64,000 bases of DNA from Lytechinus pictus. Lineage: Eukaryota. The position numbers and the translations under genes are program-made. Below the pieces are notes generated by a model, which was given only the letters and a program-made list of their open reading frames with translations, was not told where the DNA came from and made no database searches. The stretch covers positions 6,326,001 to 6,390,000 of the forward strand of contig NC_087250.1 of assembly GCF_037042905.1 (NCBI RefSeq). The letters run 5' to 3'. Of this stretch, positions 25,832 to 37,433 are shown in pieces (positions within the stretch are counted from its first letter, which is position 1; every line of letters starts with the position of its first letter).

Positions 25832-27558
25832 CACTACTGAAAAAAAGTTAAGGACCACTTTTTAAAACGTACATAAAGATTTTATACAAGGTGTTTTATT
25901 TCTGGAAATACCTCAGTACAACTGTCCTAAATGTCCTTAAACACGCTGTAATCAATTTCACGCATGGGTGGTTTCAGTTGTTGCACAATGTCTCTCGCAT
26001 CACTGCACATCCTGAAAAGTGGGCCCCGAGGGGTATCAGCTACCGACATGAAGTGGTAAAAACGAATGTCTGAGTGTCTTTCAGGCAGTTCAGTAACGAG
26101 TGTGACCACCTCCTGCAGCAATAACGGCTTCACAGCGCTGTCTCATGGAGCTGATGAGGCGATTGATGTCTCTGACGTCCAGTGCATCCCATGCAGCCTC
26201 CAGAGCCACACCCAGCTGCTGCAGTCCAAGTGGATGGGCTTCGAGCTGCTCGAGACTCCTCCCCATCATGTCCCAGACGTGCTCTATCGGGTTTAAGTCC
26301 GGGGACCTCGCTGGCCACTCCATACGCTCAATCCCCTGGCCCTCAAGGAACTCGGTCACCACCCTAGCTCGGTGGGCACGGGCATTGTCATCCATGAAAA
26401 TGATGTTTTGTCCCACATTTCCTGCAAATGGCACCACTATAGGTTCAAGGACCTCATCCCTGTACCTCACTCCTGTCATTGCTCCCCCTGGGACCACGTA
26501 GAGACGAGTACGGTTGGCGTAGGTGATGCCTCCCCACACCATGACGCTGCCTCCCCCATAACGGTCATGTTCTGCAATACAGGGGTCTGCAAATCTCTCT
26601 CCTGGTCGCCTCCAGACTCTCGAACGTCCATCATTGTGGTCAAGGGAAAATCTGCTCTCATCTGTGAACAGAACTCTACGCCATTGCTGTCTGGTCCATC
26701 TGACATGCTCCCGGGCCCAGTTGAGACGAATTCTTCTGTGAGCAGGGGTGAGTGGGACACACTGAGCTGGCCGTCTGGCATGCATATTGGCTCTGTGAAG
26801 TCGGTAACGGATTGTTTGAGTGGAAACAATCACTCCAGTTGCTGCAGCGAAGTCATTGTTGAGGCGGCGTGCACTGTGAAAGCGGTTGCGGAGGCTGAGA
26901 TTCGTCAAGTAGCGATCATCTCTAGGGGTTGTCGAAACTGGTCGGCCACTGCGGGGTCTCTCGGAGTATAGCCCTGTCTCTCGGTGTCTTTGATTTGCTC
27001 TGCTAATGACACTGTGTGACACGCACATCATTCTGGCTACTCTTCGCTGACTGAGGCCAGCTTCCAGCATCCCTAGGGCTCTGGCTACATCTGTTTCACT
27101 TAGGTGGTGTCTTGGCATTGCTGTTGTAGGCAAGTTGTTGATTGTACAGACTAAAGACGGAAAATGCTTTGGAAGACACTTGTCTTATGGCCCACTGCAA
27201 TGATGCAAGAGACATGAAAGATCTGCATGTGTGAAATTGATTTCATTGTGTTTGATGGCATCCTGGACAGCTGTATCTTGGCATTGCTGTTGTCAGCAAT
27301 TTGTTGATTGTAGAGACTAAAGACAGAAAATGCATTTGAATCCACATTTGTACCACTTCACAATGGGCCCACTTTTCAGGATATGCAATAATGCGAGAGA
27401 CATCATGCAACAACTGAAACCACCCATGTGTGAAATTGTTACAGGGTGTTTGAGGAGATTCAAGACAGCCATATTCGGGTATTTCTAGAAATACAACACC
27501 CGGTTTGAAAATTGTATACACACATTAAAAAGTGGTCCTTAACTTTTTTTGAGTAGTG
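25832..27558 (-). mobile_element. Full-length Tc1 DNA transposon
   Basis: TA|cactactgaaaaaaagttaaggaccactttt ... aaaagtggtccttaactttttttgagtagtg|TA; imperfect TIRs of ~230 bp. Confidence 0.95.
26090..27118 (-). CDS. Tc1 DD34E transposase (intact ORF)
   Basis: ATG at 27118 (MPRHH); paired-like HTH and GRP motif; FTDESRF, FMDDNARAH, SPDLNPIEHVW, with 34 residues between the second D and E. Confidence 0.95.
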   Translation of the reverse strand: MPRHHLSETDVARALGMLEAGLSQRRVARMMCVSHSVISRANQRHRETGLYSERPRSGRPVSTTPRDDRYLTNLSLRNRFHSARRLNNDFAAATGVIVSTQTIRYRLHRANMHARRPAQCVPLTPAHRRIRLNWAREHVRWTRQQWRRVLFTDESRFSLDHNDGRSRVWRRPGERFADPCIAEHDRYGGGSVMVWGGITYANRTRLYVVPGGAMTGVRYRDEVLEPIVVPFAGNVGQNIIFMDDNARAHRARVVTEFLEGQGIERMEWPARSPDLNPIEHVWDMMGRSLEQLEAHPLGLQQLGVALEAAWDALDVRDINRLISSMRQRCEAVIAAGGGHTRY

Positions 27559-30500
27559 TAAATTGGAGCAAATCAGATGAACTAATAATATCCCTAATAC
27601 AAATCAGAAAAGGAAAAGGGGCAATGAATAAACCCTGGGGCACTCCACATCGAATGGTTCAATATGAAGATTGATGATTTCGAATATTAACAAATTGCTT
27701 ACGATCTTATAAATAATCTTTGAACAGTTGTAGAAAAATCCACGAAAAGCATAAGCCTCTAGCTTATATAACAACAATGTGTGGTCTAGGGTATCGAATG
27801 CTTTACTAAACCAATAGTAAATTGCTGATAATCAGCTACATGAAAAACTAAATGGAAACGAATAAGAAGAGCAGTCGATGTTGAGTGTCCCATTCGAAAA
27901 CCATGTTGATATTTACACAAAATCTTGCACGAAATTCAGAGAGAATGTAATCGCTTTTCCAAAAAAAAATTGGGGAAAATAGAAAAACAGAAAAGGCCGA
28001 AAATTCTGTACATTGGTCGGCTTACCATTAAAAAAAAAAAAGAGGAATCTCCTTGGATATTTTCATTTGGTCAGGAAACATACTTGCTGTCAAACGCGAA
28101 TAAAAAAAACTGAGCAAAGATGTTGTCAAAGCCATTACTGGTACCATTCTTTAAACATCGGACAATATGAATGATTTATTTACAAGATTTACATGTTGGA
28201 GTAAAGTATACTGATTCACCATTAACAAACGAATTATTATCATTATGATTACTATCGGTAAATTGCACACTGTTTTTTTTTATCTATAATTAAATGATTA
28301 GAAATAGCTTCTATATTTTGTATTATGGTGCCAGTAGTTTGAATTTTATCAACATATTGTTTAACAAATTTCATATCGAGTTCAGCATTGTCTTCAAAAT
28401 TAACTTACTATTACCCTAATATTTATTAGATATATTTTTATAATATTCATATTTAGTTTTCTTAATTTCGTTTGTATTCCTGCTTCTGTACTGTTTGTAG
28501 AAACCTATAGTCCAGGATAGGCCCCATAGACAAGGGGTCGAACCTTGTTTTTTTAGACATACAATGTTTTTTTATGGTTTCTTGTCAATTCGAGGGTGCT
28601 GATTCCGAATCTAAATGATGCCACTCTTGTAACCTTGAGCATTTTCTGCAAATTGGCAAAATCTAATATGGCCGCCAAAATATGCAAATTACCCATGAAA
28701 ATCATAAAATTGCCCACACATTAGCTATAAAATGCATGTAGTTGTTGTGCAGAAGTGAAATACCAATTGGAAAAGCGATATTTGACAAAATATTTATGTT
28801 ATTGATATTCAAAATGGCCGCCATAACCCCTGTATACTTTATTATGTAGAATATGAATGGGGAAAAATATTTTTTCAAACAAGAGCACTATTATTGCATG
28901 TGATTGTGACCTGCGAGTGGACTACTGTCTGAAAACATGACTATTAACAAAACTATGTCATTTGTATACTATCTAATGTGATAAATGCTGTATTATGATA
29001 TTCAAAATGGCTGTCATAGACCCCTTATACTGTGTACAATATATAAAAGGGGACAAATAATTTTCACAACCTTTGAATTTGTTTGACTTTAAAATGCCAA
29101 TAACTGCGAAATATTGGTGTAACACTGTCTGACAACAAGGATTTCTAACTAAACATATAATTTCCCTTGCAATTTCGGTAATTATGCTGCATGTTGACAT
29201 TCAAAATGGCTGCCATAGGCCCTATCTGTACTATGAACAAAGCGAATGAAGAAACTAATTTTCACAAGAGTAAAAACAATAAAATGAATGTAATTGTAAT
29301 CTACGAGTGAAATATTGTCTAAAAACATGTTTTCTGGCGAAACATATCATTTCCTTTTTCATGCATGAGATAACTGCTGTATTGTAAAATTCAAAATGGC
29401 CCATATGGGCCCTTACAGTATTATCTACAATGTAAATGGGGATAAATTCCCATGAAAGAATTAGGATTTGCCTGACTATGAAATCCATATAATTCTGTTG
29501 TATAAGGAAAATATTGTTTGAAAACGTGATTTTTTTAATGAAATATAACATTTTCTCTCCCATGTAGGTGATAAATACTGTATTTTGACTTTCAAAACGG
29601 CCGCACAAGCCCCTACAAATTCTGTAACATGTGTATAGGGAAACTAATCATCACCAGAATGAGAACCAAAAACGCACGTAACTATGTGATGTATAGGTAA
29701 AATTTGATCTTGAACATGATTTCTGACTAAATACATCACATAATGGTTGAGAAGGTAATAAAGGCCTTACTTTGAAATTCAAAATTGCTGCCATAGCCCA
29801 AAGTAGTATGTACATTGTAACTGGGGACAGATAATTTTGACAAAATTTTTACTATGAAAATGGCTTAATTTTGATGTATGTGTTAAGTATTGTCTAAACC
29901 CAATGATTTCTAACGAAATATATCATAGCTTGTGTCATAGAGGTGATGAATGCAGCCTTTTAAAAATGAAAAATAGCCGCCATAGTCCCTTATCTTAATA
30001 TGTAAAATTTGAATGGGGAAAGATAATTTCCACGAAGAGACATATTGCAGCCATTTTGAAATTTAAATATAGCATTTATCACCTAAATAACATAAGAAAT
30101 GATCTATTTGGTTAGAAATCATATTTTCAGACGATATTTCACTCATACATGCAACACCATTTAGTCAAGCAAAGCCAAATTCTGTTAAAATTATATGTTC
30201 CCATTCACAAAGTACATAATAGGCCTACCGCTAGGGCCTGTAGCAGCCATTTTGACTTTCAAAATACATTATTTATCACCTACCTGGCAGAATGAATGAT
30301 ATATCTTGTTAGAAATTATGTTTTCAGACAATATTTTACTCTTAAATCACAATTATATGCATGTTATGGTGCTGACTCCTGTGAAAATTGGTTTCCCAGA
30401 TCGATTGTACATAATACAGTCAATGTCTTTTGGCGGCAATTTTGAAAGTCAAAATACAATATTTAACACAAATATGAATTCCGAATACTATATTTCGTTG

Positions 30501-31849
30501 CAAATTATATTTGAAGACAGTATTCCACTAATTTACCACAAAAAAATACGTTTTAGTGCTCACCTTGTGATTGTTTTTGTCCTCTCTCACATCGTAGATC
30601 ATAATTTTAGGGCCTTTGGTGGCCATATTAAATATCAAAATACAGGGTTTATCACATACATGGCATGTTAAATAATAAATTTCGTTAACAATAATGTTTT
30701 TAGTCAGTATTCCACTCGTTTATCTTAACAAAATGCATTTTAGTGCTCACTCTTGTGATTTTTTTTGTGTCACCATTCACATTGTACATAATAGTTTTAG
30801 GGCTTTTGGAGGCCATTTTGAATATCAAAATACAGGATTTATCACATAACTGACATAAGAAATGATATATATCGTTAGCAATCATGTTTTCAGACATTGC
30901 TTCACTCATAGATCATAATTAATTGCATTTCAGTGCTCAATTTTGTACAAATTAATTTTCCCCATTCATATTGTACAGGGGTCTATGATGGCGGCCATTT
31001 TGATATCAAGAAAATAAATATTTTGCCAAAAATTATTTTTTCAGATATTATTTCACTACGGCAGCACAATTGCATGTACTTTAGGGAGCTTGTCAAAAGT
31101 CCATGCACCGTTCTTTACCATTCTTACCGCATCCGGGTTTTCGCTTCGGCTTTCCCGCCCAACGTTCCCTTGTCTTCAAAGGAACGGCCGCCATCAAAGG
31201 CCCATTGACGCCACCGTTCTTTTGTTCGTCTTTCCTGCATGTCTTAATTTCTGTCGAAAGACCGAAGAATCTATTCTAAATAGCTCCCTCTACGACCAAA
31301 ACAAATGCGTGCCTTCATATTGACTGTCGGATCGGAGAGTTCGGATCAGTTTTCTGAACTGTGGTTCGCATCTATAATGGAAGTTTGGGTGCATTCATAA
31401 AGCCACGGTAGCTTAATCAAAAATCACGCACGTGTCATAAATCGTTACTGATCTTTCGAATTTGCTACAATAACGATGAAAACCTCTTTTTTTGCAATTG
31501 GAAGAGAGTCAATTCATGATGTTTTAGGTGGGAAAATAAGATTCCACACATTTTCGTTTCGTAGGCCCAAGCCATTCGTAGAATTCACGTCAACTTGGAA
31601 TATTCATTATTACTCGCATCTGAAACAAGTTTCGGGAGCACTCCCCCCCCCCCCCAAATAAAAAGAGAAGGAAATAGAATGATAAAATAAATATGACTGG
31701 AACAGCTTGGCACTATTAGGCATAGATAGATCAAAGATGTATTAGAAACTATTTTGAATAGTTTGTTCAATTTTTGGACGGGCAACCATTTCCCGAGGAT
31801 AACATATTGTCTCTTAATTTTCTTTATCTCCTTGTTTTAAAGAAGCGGG

Positions 31850-33055
31850 ACCAAAGGGAAGGTGAAAAGAGGAAGAAGAAAACTAAGAAGTCATAGGGAG
31901 AGAAAAGGAAGGGGAAACAGAAAGAAAATAATATTGGGATGGAAGAAGAGGAAGGGTGAAAAAAAATCGGAAATTTGAAAGGGGAAGAAAGTTAGGATCG
32001 AGAATCAACGGGAGAAGGGGGACAAATTGGAATATCGAAATGAACAGAGGGGAAGACATGCAGTGGCCATGCTGAAACGGTTCTTTATTCTTTGTTCATT
32101 GTTCATTCAGGTAACAAGAAGAGAATGAATAAAACATGAAACCTAAAAGCTCGGAATTAAATTGGCCGCAACTTTAATCTGATTCCGAACCCCTTCTAGC
32201 AATATTTCATGAAAATATATACAGAGCAAAATAAGTGAATGAAAAAGGAAAGATAGAAGGAAAATGAGTGAAAATAAATTGAGAGAAAACGAAATAAATA
32301 ACTAAAAGATTTAAGAAAAAAACATGAGAAAGAGAAAGGGAAAATCGTGTACCGAAGAAATATAGATATCGAATTGTTAATGTAGGAACCTAAGTCACTT
32401 ATACCACATCAGTAATTATCAGGAAAGGAAAGAAAACAAAACCAAAATGATTATAGGGGTTGAAGCGGGCTCCTATTTGCGGCGAAAAAATGGATTAAAG
32501 ATTCAAAGATAAAAGGAAGAAGAGTTAATGCAAGGAAACATGACAAGGGGAAGGGATAAAGAAATGAGGAGGTGAAAGATAGGTGATAAAAATGGAGAGG
32601 GAGAATTGCAAATAGGAAACCCTCTGGGCCTCTTACATCGGGGACATTCCGATAGACCGCGGGTCCGATAGTCCACGGGTCCTATAGTCCGCAGTGTGTG
32701 TAAAATTATGATCAGATATATCAAATGTCATCGAGAAGTCCAAAGGTCAAATGATACGAGACCATGGGGTTCTATCAGGTGCGGATCCATGGGGGGGGGG
32801 CCGAGGGGGAACTGCCTCATCCCCCACCCCCAGCTCAAAAAAAGAGGGGGAAGATGGAAAAAGGGAGAGAATAAAAGGGGGAAAGAATAGAAAAAAAGAG
32901 AGGAGGGAAAAGGAAGAGAAGAAAAGAAAGGAGAAAGGAAAAAGAAGAAGAAAAAAAGAGGAAGGAAGAGAATAATATTTAAATAGAGAGGAAGATGTGA
33001 AGAAAGATAAGAAAAAGAGAGAGAGAGAGGAAGAGGGGAAAAGAAGAGAAGAAAA
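31850..33055 (+). repeat. Polypurine (GA-rich) low-complexity tracts
   Basis: Long runs of almost only A and G. Confidence 0.8.
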
Positions 33056-36000
33056 TTGCATGCCATGAATGAATCAGCATCCTCAAATTTCCGGTACCCT
33101 TCGATCACTGGGGGATTCAAAGGGGGAAGCCGCCCCTTGCCCCCCCCCCCCCCCATTATGAGAGGCACAATTAAAAATTGTAATGTAAAAATGCCGCCAA
33201 AACAGAAGTGTGCCCCCCTCCCCCTTAAAAGCGAAACTTGTTTCCCCCTGTCATGGATCCGCCCCTGACCTCTAGACATTATGCTGTATAGACCCAATTC
33301 TTGGTTAGATTTACATTTACATAGGGCCCGCCCCCCCCCCCCTATAGGTGGAGCAAAAAAAAAAGGGAAACACTGGGACAACCGATTAAAAGAAATAAAC
33401 AAAAATCAACTTTGAGCAGCCGATCAGGGAAAATATGGGTGAAAAAAAAATTCACCCTCCCCCTATTTATTTCTGATATTTTGACAGGGTAGCCCATTCA
33501 CCAATAAGAAGTGGTCTTCCATGGGGCCCTGAATAACAATAAACGTATTTACAAAATGCATAACGTATGTACAGAATGTTACGGCATTAAAATTCACATT
33601 AGGATTTGAATGTAAAACGAAACATTTACAAACTTAGCAGCAAACAAAACGCAGACGGACACTCGTTTGCCGTATAATCAAATATAAAGATAAGTGTATA
33701 TTAATGTACTAGATCTAGATTTATGATAAATATTTCGTATCGAAATCGTCATGTAATCATATTTGAAATTGCGTCTGATACTTTGTGCTGTACATGGTCT
33801 ATGACCTCCCATAATTATCGATATCGTCATCACCGCTGTTACTATCGCAATCACCTTCATTTCTCTATTATAAGTATTAACATATCTATTATTTCATTAT
33901 AATTTTATCTTCATAAATCGATGAGGTGGGAGAAGGAGGAGGAGAAGAATTACCAAGGAGAAGCAGACGTACATGTAGAATGGGGGAGCAGTAAAAAGGG
34001 ATGAGAATAATAATGGGAGATGAGGAAGGATACGAAGAGGGAAAAGAAAGATAAAGAAAATAGGGCCATGATATAGTCTTCTCCATCAAGAGAATTGAAC
34101 ATTATTGACCTTTCGGGATTGCTTGGCATTGATACTCATCGAACTGTTCTTAGTCATTGCCCAGGCCTATGATCATGAAAAAGCAAGATCACTCACCCGT
34201 ATAGTAGAGAATCATTGACAATAGCATGCTCAGCGGGTTCGCCACAGAAAACAATGGGAGAGATGCTCACAGACTTTAATTCCCCATATCCGCTGTCGTG
34301 ATTATTGTCGTAATTTCAATAGATGAACCTACTTCAAAAGACCGTTGGCCCGTCTGATGGGGAATCTTTTGTAATGATATAGTGTATTAAAGTACGTGTA
34401 TGCACTAACTACATGTACCGTCCCGACTTCTTTTGTGCTATTTAAAAGAATTATTTCAACATCATCGAGTAGCGATTAGCGTGTATAATCGCATAAATTA
34501 TCTCATATAACGGATCTAATGGTCATGATTACCAGCATCACCATAATCATTACTATTATCTTTCATATATTTTTAATTATATAAAATATAAGATTGATAC
34601 TGGAGAACGATTGGAAGTAGATAATGATGATAACTGTGATGATGATAGTGATAATCATAATTTTGAAGTGATATTAACGGACATAATACGAATAATAATA
34701 TCAGTGATAATGTTGATGATTATTAACAAATGAAGATGATTGGTATATTTTGCGGCCGGGCAATGAACCATGTATAACTTGAGACGCGTTTTCCTTTATC
34801 ATGTTTGTTATAAAAGGGTTTTCATATCATGATCCTGAAATACATAGATTATATTATTTAGATTAAAAAGAGAGATAATTTTGGAAAAGATTTTGCGGGT
34901 TGTCAAGTCCGATGCAGTACAAAAAATGATTGCATATCGAGGTCGATGCGATTTTTATATCAACGACATCATCCCCCAGAGTCTATCAAGTTATGAGTTT
35001 GTGTGCATTTTTAGCAAAATTGACATTTGTAATACGAGATTATTCTAATTTTAGAGTGCTGTAACATCCGAACTGCATGCCATTCCTGCTACGTACGTTT
35101 TTAATTCATCGGATATTTCGATTTCTGGATGCATGTTACCATGCAGTTAAAGCGGTGTACGCCTGAATCATATTGAATGTCATTTGTATTAACTTTATAA
35201 TAACGTCGACATACAAAAACAGAATTCATTAGGTTCTTTATCACTACACCAATGGTATGAACTTATGCACACATAGGCCTACGTCTTTTGCTTGATAGAA
35301 CACTGACCCCCCCCCCCTCCTTTAGAGTGAGAACAATATTGTGCTCTCTCATTGATATTGATTTCGATAAGGAGATCGGGAAACTCACGCCATTAATAGT
35401 AATTTACATTATTTGTATACCACTTACAAGTGAAGCACAAAATATGTATCTAAACGCTTGTTTTTCATCGTTTTTTAATGGAAACTATTACAGACCATTT
35501 AACAACTAAATCAATTAAACAGACACATTAGAACGAAAAATTATCATCCTTTTATGAAGTTCATCTCCCACAGACTCAGTACGCAAAGTATAAAAATTAG
35601 CCATTTTCGGCATGATATTGTCTCGTAAAAAGTCATGTGACGTCGCAATGCTATATCCGTATGTTAAAACTTTGGTCTCAAAAGTTGCGCGAGACTTAAA
35701 AAAAACCTAGTCATAAAAGTTTGCGGCGCTCTCTTTTTGTGTTTTGGAAACATCGTGCTAAGCGTCGAGGGGGGGGGGGGATCATGCCCTCCAGTCCTTT
35801 AAGAGTTAAGTTTTAGATGGTCAACACGGTCTGTTCTTTTTTGTTTAAGGTGCCGGGTTCGTGATGTATTATAGTTTTTTTTTTACGTTTCAGTTTGAAT
35901 TTATTCCTAATAAATGCTTAATATTACAGCGCTTTACTGCAAGTCTAAACTTTTCAGAAATCTAAACCTTAAACGCTGCGCGCTCGCATACCAGTGGCAA

Positions 36001-36753
36001 ACGGGTCACGCCAATGATCACGCCAATAAAAGAAAATTATGTATACGCATATTTTTTTTATTACAAACTCTCTTTGAAATATAGTTTAATTTCCAGGGCC
36101 CAAACAAGAATTTTCACTGTTTGGACTCCCCCTTGAAAGAAACCAACAAAAATAAGCTTTGCGCGGTAGATTAGGGGGGGGGGGGGCATTTTGCGCACTC
36201 TCTCTGGTGATGAAAGCTGGATCCGCCCTGATAAAAATGATCCCTTTTCAAGCTCGCAATTCACGCTTGCATTATTTTGTCTGATACTTACCCTCTCGAT
36301 GACTTTGAAATATTTTGGCTGTAACTAAATCGAGTATAACATCTGTTCTATGAAACTTGATTTTGTAACATTTATTATAAAGATGCTTATGAACAAATCA
36401 TATTTGGTTTACATATTATAAAGAGCCTTCTCATATTCCAATTTTACCTTAAACGTAATATAAGCATTTTATTTTCAAACGATATCTATGAAAAGGGTGC
36501 AGTTAGGCTTTCATTTTGATGCCAAATAGTATCATAATTGGGATTAGTTGCAAACACGGTTTTCGAATAGAAGACACATCGGGGAACATCAAAGTATCAA
36601 GACAGTCACCCGCGCTGACAAAGTGGTAATCTCCCATTGAAATACCCCCACCAATCAAGGGGTCATTTCTATTGAAATCCGCCACCAGTCAGACCACCTC
36701 TATGTTCAAGAATATAGGGTAATCTCCCTAATCAAGAATGGGGTCATTTAAAT

Positions 36754-37433
36754 CTACCTTGACAATGGGGTAAGCCGTTAAATACAGCTTGCAATGCGCT
36801 GGCCCATGTCATTTTCAACGTCCGGCTTTCGGGGAATTAAAATGAGCATCAAATTGGTAGTTTTCTTGTTCTCTTTTTGTCCCCATTCTAGAACCTTGAT
36901 TTTGTTTCTTTTCGTAATGTGCATTATATTATCAACATTTCGACATTAAATGTAGTTTAATACTTGCCTTCATAAAGAGCAATATTACATAAAAACTGTT
37001 TGGCGAAGCAGATTATAACATAACGTTCGAGTGATATTTTATCAACACATTTTTAATTAACCATGTAACTTCCCTCTTGATAGGTTGACTCTTAATATGA
37101 ACATTCGAGTTATATTCTTTGCCTACCATCTCTCTGTGCATTTTTATAACCAAATATATTTGGAAAAGAGGTGTTTACCAGGCTAAAGTGAAGGTCCTCA
37201 CTTGTGTATGAACGACATATTCTCATTAAAATACATGCTGTGAGTTTCAAAGGGGGCACACTAGTCTTGTGTAAAAATTGCATATTTACATTAACACAAT
37301 TGATAATGGCTCTCAAAGGCTCTCAAAGGGGCGACATTTAATGCCTTTAATTCCCCGAAAGCCGGACGTTGAAAATGACATGGGCCAGCGCATTGCAAGC
37401 TGTATTTAACGGCTTACCCCATTGTCAAGGTAG
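36754..37433. mobile_element. Young MITE with a perfect 88-bp TIR
   Basis: 36754-36841 is the exact reverse complement of 37346-37433; ATTTAAAT on both flanks. Confidence 0.9.

Noticed and set aside
26066..26971. Several overlapping + strand ORFs
   Set aside because: Antisense shadows of the GC-rich Tc1 transposase ORF
32728..33402. 224-aa hydrophobic ORF
   Set aside because: Translation of a polypyrimidine low-complexity strand
34195..34320. Antisense exon with a gtgagt donor
   Set aside because: The sequence is a copy of the transposon subterminal repeat, with no recognisable protein or partner exons
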